Below, one piece after another: positions 8,765 to 16,466 of a DNA stretch of 20,000 bases. Positions within the stretch are counted from its first letter, which is position 1. Each line of letters starts with the position of its first letter. Below the pieces are notes generated by a model. The model had not been told where the DNA came from. It did no database searches and was given only the letters and a program-made list of their open reading frames with translations. Made by a program: the position numbers and the translations under genes. Source of the stretch: an uncultured virus (IMG/VR IMGVR_UViG_3300023175_002299) (Duplodnaviria; Heunggongvirae; Uroviricota; Caudoviricetes); IMG/VR virus record IMGVR_UViG_3300023175_002299, positions 52,711-72,710 of that record. One strand, given 5' to 3'.

Positions 8765-9439
8765 ATGTTTAATCATGTTGAAAGAAGTTATAGTCTTCCC
8801 TCGTTAATTAGGGAAAACTATGAAGGCAAAAGAATGTACAAAACCGATAGTGGTGTCAGATTCCCGTCTGTCACCACTGTCCTCGGCCACAAAAGTAAAC
8901 CAGGCATCAAGGCTTGGCGCAAACGTGTCGGTGAAGAAAAGGCAAACAGAATTAGCAAACAAGCTTCTGTTCGTGGTACGAAAATTCACGCTGTTTGCGA
9001 AGATTATGTGAATAACAAAGAGTTGAGTTTTGACAAACTCTCTTTTGTTGAAATTGATATGTTTAATAAGATGAAACCTATCATTGATAGAATCGACAAC
9101 ATCCATTGTGTCGAAGAGTTTCTATACAGTGAACATCTCCGTCTCGCCGGACAGTGTGACTGCATTGCAGAATTTGACGGCAGACTCTCCATCATAGACT
9201 TCAAAACCTCATCCAAACCAAAGAAAGAACAGTATATTCAAAACTACTTTGCACAGTGTTCTGCCTATGCAATTATGTTTGAGGAACGTACTGGCATTCC
9301 TATTGACAAAAGCGTAGTAATTATTGGTGTTCAAGACGATGAACCACAGATATTTGTCAAAAAACGAGACGATTATGTGGATTATTTACTAGAATGTCGT
9401 GATTTATATGAGGCTGAGGTATTGACATCTGCTGCCTAG
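8765..9439 (+). CDS. PD-(D/E)XK (RecB-like) exonuclease
   Basis: Motifs 'PSVTTVL', 'RGTKIH', 'LAGQCDCI', 'IIDFKTS' and 'QCSAYA'. This nuclease is typically found next to phoH in aquatic T4-like phages. Confidence 0.88.
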   Translation: MFNHVERSYSLPSLIRENYEGKRMYKTDSGVRFPSVTTVLGHKSKPGIKAWRKRVGEEKANRISKQASVRGTKIHAVCEDYVNNKELSFDKLSFVEIDMFNKMKPIIDRIDNIHCVEEFLYSEHLRLAGQCDCIAEFDGRLSIIDFKTSSKPKKEQYIQNYFAQCSAYAIMFEERTGIPIDKSVVIIGVQDDEPQIFVKKRDDYVDYLLECRDLYEAEVLTSAA

Positions 9440-9456
9440 TCATGTTATTATAAATA
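9422..9456 (+). promoter_or_regulatory. Overlapping sigma70-type and T4 late promoters for the tmRNA
   Basis: TTGACA 9422-9427, extended -10 TGtTATTAT 9443-9451 (18-nt spacer) and a perfect TATAAATA at 9449-9456. Confidence 0.75.
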
Positions 9457-9458
9457 TT

Positions 9459-9742
9459 GAATCGGTCGTTGAAGTGGACTGAAAGATTGTAGGACGGGGG
9501 TGCGATTCCCCCCACCTCCACCATAAGCACATTAGGCACGGACGTACAGTGTCGAAATTAAGACTTCCTAGTGTGCTTTTGATGGGGGTGAACAGGTTCG
9601 ACTGCGATTGTCTAGGAAAGGTGAGACTGATTGACTGGCAAAGTGCCAACCTAAAGTAAACGCAAACGATGACGTTTATGCTCTAGCCGCTTAAGGCTAG
9701 TGGGGTATGGGTTCCACCTTATAATCCAACGGGCCCATTTTT
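9459..9742 (+). ncRNA. ssrA: Circularly permuted (two-piece) tmRNA
   Basis: The 3' tRNA-like part comes first: T-arm GGGGG-TGCGATT-CCCCC (9496-9512) and CACCTCC-A-CCA (9513-9523). A 60-nt intervening segment follows, then the 5' end GGGGGTGAACAGGTTCGAC from 9584. The acceptor stem has 7 bp with G3.U70. The tag frame 9662-9694 reads ANDDVYALAA*, with a CTAGCC/GGCTAG hairpin over the stop. The outer ends are approximate. Confidence 0.92.
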
Positions 9743-9759
9743 AAAAGAAGGAGAAATCA

Positions 9760-10341
9760 ATGGTATCGCCAAAGGTTTTATCTTGGACATTTGCATTAGT
9801 TTTAATTCTTACCCCAACAGTCGCAGTACTATCTGTTAAACCAACCCCCACGAAACCACCATTAGAACCAATAACTGTTGTTGTCACACCAGCCGTGATA
9901 AAAGAAAAACTACCCGATCCAGAAGAAGTTTTCTGTCTTGCACAAAACATTTATTTTGAAGCAAGAGGCGAAGATATCGCTGGACAAATGGCTGTTGCTC
10001 ATGTTACAATTAACAGAGTAAAAAATGACAAATACCCCAATACCATATGTGAAGTGGTGTATCAAGCTAAATTGAGCAAGTGGTGGTTGTCCCAAGGTAA
10101 AAAGGTTCCAATGAAACACCAATGTCAATTTAGTTGGTATTGTGATGGCAAATCAGATAAGATAACTGATTGGAAAACTTTTGATAATATTGTTGAAGTC
10201 TCTAGACAAATTATAAAAGGATACCACGAAGACAATACAAATGGAGCAATATACTATCACGCAGATTATGTAAAACCAAAATGGTCTGATAGTTTGCAAG
10301 TGAGTGCGGTATTTGATTCGCACATATTTTATAGGTATTAA
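9760..10341 (+). CDS. Cell wall hydrolase, SleB/Hydrolase_2 family
   Basis: Motifs 'CLAQNIYFEARGE', 'VAHVTINRV', 'PNTICEVVYQ', 'CQFSWYCDGK', 'GAIYYHADYVKPKW' and 'HIFY'. It has an N-terminal hydrophobic anchor, a Pro/Thr linker and SD AAGGAG at 9748-9753. Confidence 0.93.
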   Translation: MVSPKVLSWTFALVLILTPTVAVLSVKPTPTKPPLEPITVVVTPAVIKEKLPDPEEVFCLAQNIYFEARGEDIAGQMAVAHVTINRVKNDKYPNTICEVVYQAKLSKWWLSQGKKVPMKHQCQFSWYCDGKSDKITDWKTFDNIVEVSRQIIKGYHEDNTNGAIYYHADYVKPKWSDSLQVSAVFDSHIFYRY

Positions 10342-11202
10342 ATGGCAAAACACAATTTTATTGTTACTGGTGGATGCGGTTTCATTGGTTCCCACTTGGT
10401 AGAGGCGTTACTCTTACATGATCAAAATGTTTTGGTAGTGGATGACATGAGTGTTGGTTCTTATAAGATACCACACAAAAAAGTTCAGTACCTACATCAA
10501 GATGTTGCAGACGTTTTTCCTGCTGGAAATTATGATGCAATTTTTCATCTTGCTGCAACTCCCAGAGTTCGCATGTCACACAAGAATCCCTACATTACTA
10601 TTAAAAATAATGTAAACTCCACTCTTACTGTATGTGAGTGGGCCAGAAAATTAAAAGTTCCAATTTTCTTTGCAGCATCATCAAGCACAAAATTTTCTAA
10701 CAAAGATTCTAATCCGTATACCTTTAGTAAATATACATGTGAAGAGATATTAAATTTGTATGAATCTCTTTACAAAGTTAAGTATCATATGTTATACTTC
10801 TATAATGTTTATGGGCCAAGAGAAGCAGACTACGGAGAATATAGTACTGTAGTCAGGGCATTTAAAAGATGTGTAGAAAATGATGAACCACTACGAGTTT
10901 TCGGTAGTGGTAAAAAAGAAAGAGATTTTACCCATGTTTATGATGTGGTTGATGGCATGTTAAAACTATTGCAAACCAGAAGAAAAACAAAACATGTTAA
11001 TTTGGGTAGGGGCAAACCAGTGAGTATTTTGGAAGTAGCAAAAGCTTTTGATCACCCCATTGTCCATGAATTTGATAGACCAGGCGAGGCAGAAAAGACT
11101 ATCTGTGATAGTCCTTTTATCGAATGTGAATATGATGTCCTAAAATATATTAAGGACTGGAAAGAAGATTTTTTGATGCAAAAGGAAAAAAGTAATGATT
11201 GA
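10342..11202 (+). CDS. NAD-dependent nucleotide-sugar epimerase/dehydratase
   Basis: Motifs 'VTGGCGFIGSHL', 'HLAA', 'ASSS', YxxxK 'YTFSK', 'NVYGP' and 'RDFTHVYDVV'. Confidence 0.92.
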   Translation: MAKHNFIVTGGCGFIGSHLVEALLLHDQNVLVVDDMSVGSYKIPHKKVQYLHQDVADVFPAGNYDAIFHLAATPRVRMSHKNPYITIKNNVNSTLTVCEWARKLKVPIFFAASSSTKFSNKDSNPYTFSKYTCEEILNLYESLYKVKYHMLYFYNVYGPREADYGEYSTVVRAFKRCVENDEPLRVFGSGKKERDFTHVYDVVDGMLKLLQTRRKTKHVNLGRGKPVSILEVAKAFDHPIVHEFDRPGEAEKTICDSPFIECEYDVLKYIKDWKEDFLMQKEKSND

Positions 11203-11461
11203 AGAAGTTAAAAAAACCGATGAGTTTCTAATAAGCAATCAACAGTTTTCTAGTGCTGTTGAGTTTTCTCAACATATTGAAAGAAAGGCTAGTATGGGCC
11301 AAAATTATATTGACGTACTAACAGATTTTTGTGTTCGCAATGAAGTAGAAATTGAAAGTATTAAGAAACTTCTTACACCGTCTTTAAAAGAAAAGATTAC
11401 TGCCGAGGCTCAAAACCTAAATTTGTTAAAAGCAAAGAAGACATCTAAACTGCCAATATGA
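11195..11461 (+). CDS. gp33: Late transcription co-activator, T4 gp33-like
   Basis: 88 aa with 'FSQHIE...YIDVLTDFC...E.E...KLLTPSLKEKI..EA.NLNLL'. The gene order 33-59-32 matches T4. Confidence 0.85.
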   Translation: MIEEVKKTDEFLISNQQFSSAVEFSQHIERKASMGQNYIDVLTDFCVRNEVEIESIKKLLTPSLKEKITAEAQNLNLLKAKKTSKLPI

Positions 11462-12060
11462 TAGAACCGTTTGAAGTTTATCGACTTTACCTTGCAATCA
11501 AATTGCACTTTACAACCAAGAATTATGACATAGTAAAGTATAAAGGAAAAGTAAGAGTCAAAGAAGAAACATTTCGTAAAAGAAAAGACCTCGTTTCTAT
11601 TAAAAAACTTGCCAGAGATTATTCTCGTGAGGAAATAATTAATTTCCTTGTTGCTAATTTTGTCTCTGGAGAGAAATGGGGTGGGTTGTTTGATGTTGAT
11701 GCTGCAAGAAGATACGATCAGTGGCAGAACAGAAAAGTCAAAAGAGAATATCAGTTTAAACAAGATATTGACAGAATTCTACTCGACATGGAAAAGGAAG
11801 AAATCGCCGACCCATTTATTTCAATTAATGGAAAACACCCCTTGACATTTCGTCTCTTTTTTGGTAATATAATTAATATAGAGACAATGACAATCTTAGA
11901 TAAGATTTTTAACTTTGTCGATATGAATGCGAATGACATATTGCTTGAAGATGCGTCTATGTGTATAACCAAGTACCGTCCATTCGTTAGACTGACAGAC
12001 AATATGAAGTCTGTTGCAACACCGCTTAAAGATGTTATAAATAAGGAAGTACATCAATGA
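11458..12060 (+). CDS. gp59: Helicase loader, T4 gp59-like
   Basis: Motifs 'YRLYLAIKLHF...YDIVKYKGK', 'F.KRKD', 'LVANF' and 'IETMTILD'. It lies between gp33 and gp32. Confidence 0.88.
   Translation: MIEPFEVYRLYLAIKLHFTTKNYDIVKYKGKVRVKEETFRKRKDLVSIKKLARDYSREEIINFLVANFVSGEKWGGLFDVDAARRYDQWQNRKVKREYQFKQDIDRILLDMEKEEIADPFISINGKHPLTFRLFFGNIINIETMTILDKIFNFVDMNANDILLEDASMCITKYRPFVRLTDNMKSVATPLKDVINKEVHQ
11842..11870 (+). promoter_or_regulatory. Possible sigma70-type promoter inside gp59
   Basis: TTGACA 11842-11847, a 17-nt spacer ending TGG, then TAATAT 11865-11870. Confidence 0.4.
12036..12043 (+). promoter_or_regulatory. T4 late promoter TATAAATA
   Basis: Perfect match at the end of gp59, followed by AGGA and ATG 12057. 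Confidence 0.7.
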
Positions 12061-12248
12061 GTAAGTCAAAAAGTTCCCGAGGTAGTAACCAAAAGGAACA
12101 ACGTATTCATCGAGTTTCTAGTGAAGGCAAAACTAGGCTTGACAAGTACAAACATTTGTTATATGATGAAGATGTATATGATAGTGATGAGTTCGCCGAG
12201 TCACTAACCGCAAAAAGCAAAATATACAGTAAACACGATAGTAAATAA
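12057..12248 (+). CDS. Small hypothetical protein (63 aa)
   Basis: ATGA overlap with the gp59 stop and an SD-like AGGA. The N-half is basic and the centre is acidic. Confidence 0.6.
   Translation: MSKSKSSRGSNQKEQRIHRVSSEGKTRLDKYKHLLYDEDVYDSDEFAESLTAKSKIYSKHDSK
12139..12167 (+). promoter_or_regulatory. Sigma70-type early promoter for gp32
   Basis: TTGACA 12139-12144, a 17-nt spacer, then TATGAT 12162-12167. The hexamers are identical to those of the promoter at 8709. Confidence 0.78.
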
Positions 12249-12268
12249 ACCGCACAAAGGAGCAACAT

Positions 12269-13183
12269 ATGTCTGCAAATTCTATCTCTGATCTTCGTAA
12301 GAGTCGTGGCAGTTTCGATACCCTGCTTAAGCAGGTTGAGAAAATGTCAACTACCACCACTACAGAATCAAACGATACTGGCAAAGAATGGAAACTTTCC
12401 GTTGACAAGGCTGGTAATGGTTCTGCCGTAATTCGTTTCCTTCCCCCCTCCAAGGGCGAGGACAGTTATTGGGTACGTCTTTGGACACATGGTTTCCAAG
12501 GCCCTACTGGTAAGTGGTATATCGAAAACTCTCTTACAACTCTGAACCAACCTGACCCCGTTTCAGAATTGAACACCCAACTCTGGAACTCTGGTGTAGA
12601 GGCCGATAAGGAAATCGCTCGCAAACAGAAACGCCGTTTGAATTATTACTCAAACATTTTGGTTGTTTCTGATCCCGCCAACCCAGAAAATGAAGGCAAA
12701 GTTTTCTTGTACAGGTATGGACAGAAAATTTTTGAAATGATTCAAGACGTTATCAAACCCACCGTTCCTTCCGATGATCCGATCAATCCGTTTGATCCGT
12801 GGGAAGGTGTAGACTTTGCACTTGTTGCAAGGAACGTTGCTGGTTATCGTAACTATGACAAATCTAAGTTTGCTTCTAGGGTTCGTCCCATTGCCGACTC
12901 GGATGAGGCTATTGATGCGATCTGGGAACAACAGTACTCTTTGAATGAGATTGTTGATCCTAGTAACTTCAAGTCTTATGATGAACTCAAAGATAAACTC
13001 AATGGTGTTCTAAAAGGTAGTGTATCAGTAAGTCCTGCATCTACTGTTTCTAGTCAGACTGATGATATTGAAGACGATATCTTTATTGCGGAAAGTACCG
13101 CATCTACAGATACAGTCACAGTTGCCACATCTGATGATGAAGATGCTATGTCGTATTTCTCCCGACTGGCTGATGATGACTAA
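12269..13183 (+). CDS. gp32: Single-stranded DNA-binding protein, T4 gp32-like
   Basis: Motifs 'DKAGNGSAVIRFLP', 'HGFQGPTGKWYIENSLTT', 'NEGKVFLYRYGQKIF', 'NPFDPWEG' and 'GYRNYDKS'. The acidic tail ends 'SYFSRLADDD', and SD AAGGAG lies upstream. Confidence 0.97.
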   Translation: MSANSISDLRKSRGSFDTLLKQVEKMSTTTTTESNDTGKEWKLSVDKAGNGSAVIRFLPPSKGEDSYWVRLWTHGFQGPTGKWYIENSLTTLNQPDPVSELNTQLWNSGVEADKEIARKQKRRLNYYSNILVVSDPANPENEGKVFLYRYGQKIFEMIQDVIKPTVPSDDPINPFDPWEGVDFALVARNVAGYRNYDKSKFASRVRPIADSDEAIDAIWEQQYSLNEIVDPSNFKSYDELKDKLNGVLKGSVSVSPASTVSSQTDDIEDDIFIAESTASTDTVTVATSDDEDAMSYFSRLADDD

Positions 13184-13203
13184 GATATAGTCGTCTCCTC
13201 TTT

Positions 13204-13233
13204 GGGCGCCATAAATAATGGCGCCCTTTTTTT
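13204..13233 (+). terminator. Rho-independent terminator after gp32
   Basis: A 9-bp stem GGGCGCCAT-aaata-ATGGCGCCC followed by T7. Confidence 0.88.
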
Positions 13234-13248
13234 ATCTGGTAATCTGAT

Positions 13249-14754
13249 TTGCATAGTATTATTTTTGGTGGACAACTTGAAGATTTGGGATTAGACTTTG
13301 ATAGTTCCAAGATCAGTATCAGGCGTTCATCTGGCGGCCACAAAATAAGCACCTTTTTACGTCAACACGGATATGATGTCGAAGTCATTGACTACGTTCA
13401 AAGATGGAGTTTGGATCAATTAAAAAAATATATTTCTCGTAAAGTTGATGATGAATTTTTATTTTTCGGATTTGGTTCTACCTTCTTTTTAAATAGTCCA
13501 AGCGTTATCGGTCTCGTAAAATGGTTACGAGAAACTTATCCACACATTCCCCTTGTTGCAGGCAGTCAAAACAACTCTATGAAAGAATTGGAGATGGATT
13601 GGTATGTTTACGGTTACGGTGAGAATGCAATACTTGCACTCATAGATCACTTCAAAGGTGGGCCAGAACCTATCCATACCAATCGTGTAATAAACTGTTA
13701 CGTCAACTACAAGTCCTTTCCGAAAGACGATCTCACGGTGTCTTACAAGGATACAGACTTTATCAACCCCAGAGAAATTCTGTTACTAGAGTTTGCCCGT
13801 GGATGCAAGTTCAAATGCAAGTTCTGTAGTTTCCCTGTTCTCGGAGTTAAGGGTGATTACTCACGCACAGCACAGAGTGTATATGATGAGATGTTGGAAA
13901 ACTATGACAAGTGGGGTACAGAACATTATATTGTTCTGGATGAAACCTTCAACGATAGTTCACAGAAGATTGAGAAGTTTGCCAACGTCATAGAAAAACT
14001 TCCCTTTACACCCAAGATGACTGCCTATATTAGAGCTGATCTTATTGTGTCTCGCAAACAAGATTGGGACAATCTAATCAAGATGGGTATCACCTCACAC
14101 TTCTATGGTGTCGAGTCTATGAAACATGAGTCTGCCAAGTCCATCGGCAAAGGTATGGACAGTGGTAGAATCAAAGAAGGTTTGATAGAGGTCGATGAGT
14201 ATTTCAGAGAGAACGCTGGATTCTACAAAGGACATATCTCTCTTATCGCCGGACTCCCACACGAGACTGTGGACGATCTGAGGGACACTGGCAAGTGGTT
14301 ATCGCAGTACTGGAACAGAAACAGTTATCACATGAATGTACTGATGATCAAAGACTTGCAGAACAATGTAGAGACATTGAATCACAACTCTGAGTTTGAT
14401 CGTGATTGGAGTAAGTTTGGATACCGCAGAACAGAGTTTCCAGATGATCCGATTGATTGGTCAAAGAGTAGAAATCCATACTACGAGACCCTATACAACT
14501 ATGTCAAAGAATCTGGATACTATCTGCCGTGGGAAAATGATTGCACCAATCTACACGAGGTTATGAAGTTTTGTGCAGAAGAGTTCTCACAGTATCAGGC
14601 AAAGAATCTAATAGACCCATTCATGTATGATAAGTTCTTTATTGATCCCAGTGTCAAGTGGGAAGACTTTGCAACTGAAGTTCACATGGAGAGAAGAAGT
14701 AAATATATACTCGGTCATGTCGATGAGTATATTACTAAAAAACTTTTATCTTAA
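13249..14754 (+). CDS. Radical SAM protein with a B12-binding-like N-terminal domain
   Basis: Contains 'ARGCKFKCKFC' (CxxxCxxC), 'GYGENA', 'DETFNDS', 'YIRADL', 'GVES' and 'IAGLPHET'. TTG start. Confidence 0.85.
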   Translation: MHSIIFGGQLEDLGLDFDSSKISIRRSSGGHKISTFLRQHGYDVEVIDYVQRWSLDQLKKYISRKVDDEFLFFGFGSTFFLNSPSVIGLVKWLRETYPHIPLVAGSQNNSMKELEMDWYVYGYGENAILALIDHFKGGPEPIHTNRVINCYVNYKSFPKDDLTVSYKDTDFINPREILLLEFARGCKFKCKFCSFPVLGVKGDYSRTAQSVYDEMLENYDKWGTEHYIVLDETFNDSSQKIEKFANVIEKLPFTPKMTAYIRADLIVSRKQDWDNLIKMGITSHFYGVESMKHESAKSIGKGMDSGRIKEGLIEVDEYFRENAGFYKGHISLIAGLPHETVDDLRDTGKWLSQYWNRNSYHMNVLMIKDLQNNVETLNHNSEFDRDWSKFGYRRTEFPDDPIDWSKSRNPYYETLYNYVKESGYYLPWENDCTNLHEVMKFCAEEFSQYQAKNLIDPFMYDKFFIDPSVKWEDFATEVHMERRSKYILGHVDEYITKKLLS

Positions 14755-16466
14755 ACAAATCCAGATGCGTTGCTGTTTATCCAAGTCAATTCAGAATTTG
14801 ACTGTGGGAAACTTGTTTTTGGAGAAGACACATGTACAGAGATTTCTCCCTGTCCGCCTTGTACTGGAGCTGTTGCCCCAGGCATTCCACCAAGAGCAGC
14901 TACTAGAGCATCATTAGATGATGCATTGGTCTGTTCAAAACTTGATGTAGTCATATCCTCTACTCTAGCAGAATCATTTAGGGGAACATCAACTCCCAAT
15001 CCACCAAGAGCTTCTTGTCCAGTTTCGATTGCTGCATCCATCATACTAGTAGTTTGATCAGGATTGGTATCTATTCTTGCTTCCACCGCACTTTCTAATA
15101 GTTCTGCTTTTACACTACCATCTGCATTGTGTGTATTTCCATATTTGTTGTCCCATGATCTTTGTCTCTCTAGAGCTCGTCCTCGCCGTCTACCAGTCAT
15201 ACGATCTGAAACTTCTGGTCTAGCCTCTACTGCTTCTAGATCATTTACAGCATTATCCATGTTAGAGGACATCAAGTCAGCAATAGCACTAGTAACCATG
15301 TTAAATAATTCTGGGAATCGTTCCTCATAATTCTCTGAGTCATCTTCTGGGAATACATCATATACGTCTTTATAGACATCTCTTACCAAGGAACCAACGT
15401 CAGCACCTATTCCGGCAAAAGGAATCATACCAGCAGTTTCTAATGCAGCTCCTTTCCAATCCCCTGCTATAGCCTTTTCCATTGCAAAAATTAGGTTAAA
15501 CCCTGCTCCTACAAATGGTAAAACTTTCGCACCAGTTTGACCAAGGTTTTTGGCGATAGATGCTGTTATCTTCGCTGCTATTTGTGGATTTTTTGCAGCT
15601 GTTTCTGAAGCTGCTTCTGCTGCTTCTTTCTGGAGTTTTTCCATTGATTGTCTTGCAGATTCTTTTGCTGCTCCATGTACTTCATCTCCAGCTTTATTAA
15701 TTGCAGTACCATTTCTATCAAATTTCACCCCGCCAGTACTTGTGTCTATAGTAGAGGCGGCCATTTTTCCTGCTCTGTTTGCTCCTGCTTCTATAGCTGC
15801 CTTTGATGCTCTTTCTCCAGCTGCACCAGCTGCTATTCCTGCCGCCTTCATCCCAGCGGTGGCGCCGAAATCTTCTAATTCATTTCCTATGGTGGCATCG
15901 AATCTTTCTTGAGTTCCTGCCTCGGTATCACCTTTGTCATTGTCTCCCATCTTGCCGGCCATACCCAATGCAAAAAGTGAAGCGAGTCCAAGTCCACCAG
16001 CAGCTGCGGGGCCAATACCACCACCACTGCGGCCGAACATATTTCTCAACGCATTTTTATTTGGGCCAGCTTGTGCGGCTCTTGACATTCCCCCAACAAA
16101 TTGGGATGTATCACCTTTGATTGATACTAAGACTCTTTCGATGTCCTGTAATTGTCTTACGACTGGATCAGAACTATCTGCATCTGACAAAGCACTTGTT
16201 GCAGAGGCTGCGGTACTTACTGGTGTTGCGCCGGATACGGTTCCACCGAATCCACCCATTTCACCGCCACCAGAACCGCCGGATTGAATTTGTTCTTCGT
16301 TGTTGTTGCCACCAAAAAGTGCATTTCCTAGTCCATAATAAGCACCAGCCTTGCCAGCGTTTCCTAACAGACCCCCAACCTTCTTTATGGGATTCATTAT
16401 TGCACGGCCAAGGCCGCCGATTGTTCTCGACCCAAATCCCAACAAACTAGTAAAAAATGGCGCCAT
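14751..16466 (-). CDS. Putative tape measure / baseplate hub protein (gp29-like)
   Basis: 571 aa, Ala/Gly-rich with helical segments and hydrophobic 'LPFVGAG/IPFAGIG' repeats. It is the last gene of the gp4-gp2-gp54-gp26-gp51 operon. The call rests on position and composition only. Confidence 0.55.
   Translation of the reverse strand: MAPFFTSLLGFGSRTIGGLGRAIMNPIKKVGGLLGNAGKAGAYYGLGNALFGGNNNEEQIQSGGSGGGEMGGFGGTVSGATPVSTAASATSALSDADSSDPVVRQLQDIERVLVSIKGDTSQFVGGMSRAAQAGPNKNALRNMFGRSGGGIGPAAAGGLGLASLFALGMAGKMGDNDKGDTEAGTQERFDATIGNELEDFGATAGMKAAGIAAGAAGERASKAAIEAGANRAGKMAASTIDTSTGGVKFDRNGTAINKAGDEVHGAAKESARQSMEKLQKEAAEAASETAAKNPQIAAKITASIAKNLGQTGAKVLPFVGAGFNLIFAMEKAIAGDWKGAALETAGMIPFAGIGADVGSLVRDVYKDVYDVFPEDDSENYEERFPELFNMVTSAIADLMSSNMDNAVNDLEAVEARPEVSDRMTGRRRGRALERQRSWDNKYGNTHNADGSVKAELLESAVEARIDTNPDQTTSMMDAAIETGQEALGGLGVDVPLNDSARVEDMTTSSFEQTNASSNDALVAALGGMPGATAPVQGGQGEISVHVSSPKTSFPQSNSELTWINSNASGFV

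Noticed and set aside
8765..9439. Cas4 / CRISPR-associated nuclease
   Set aside because: It lacks the C-terminal Fe-S cysteine cluster, and no repeat-spacer array or other cas gene was seen in the window.
9492..9523. tRNA gene or tRNA-derived attachment site
   Set aside because: There is no upstream D-arm or anticodon arm. The matching acceptor strand lies downstream at 9584, followed by a tag ORF, so a permuted tmRNA explains it.
9357..9649. Minus-strand ORFs 9357..9539 and 9440..9649
   Set aside because: They are antisense shadows of the exonuclease end and the tmRNA, with no protein motifs.
14770..16450. Several + strand ORFs of 88-120 aa
   Set aside because: They are antisense shadows of the Ala/Gly-rich minus-strand gene, whose codon bias keeps the opposite frames open.
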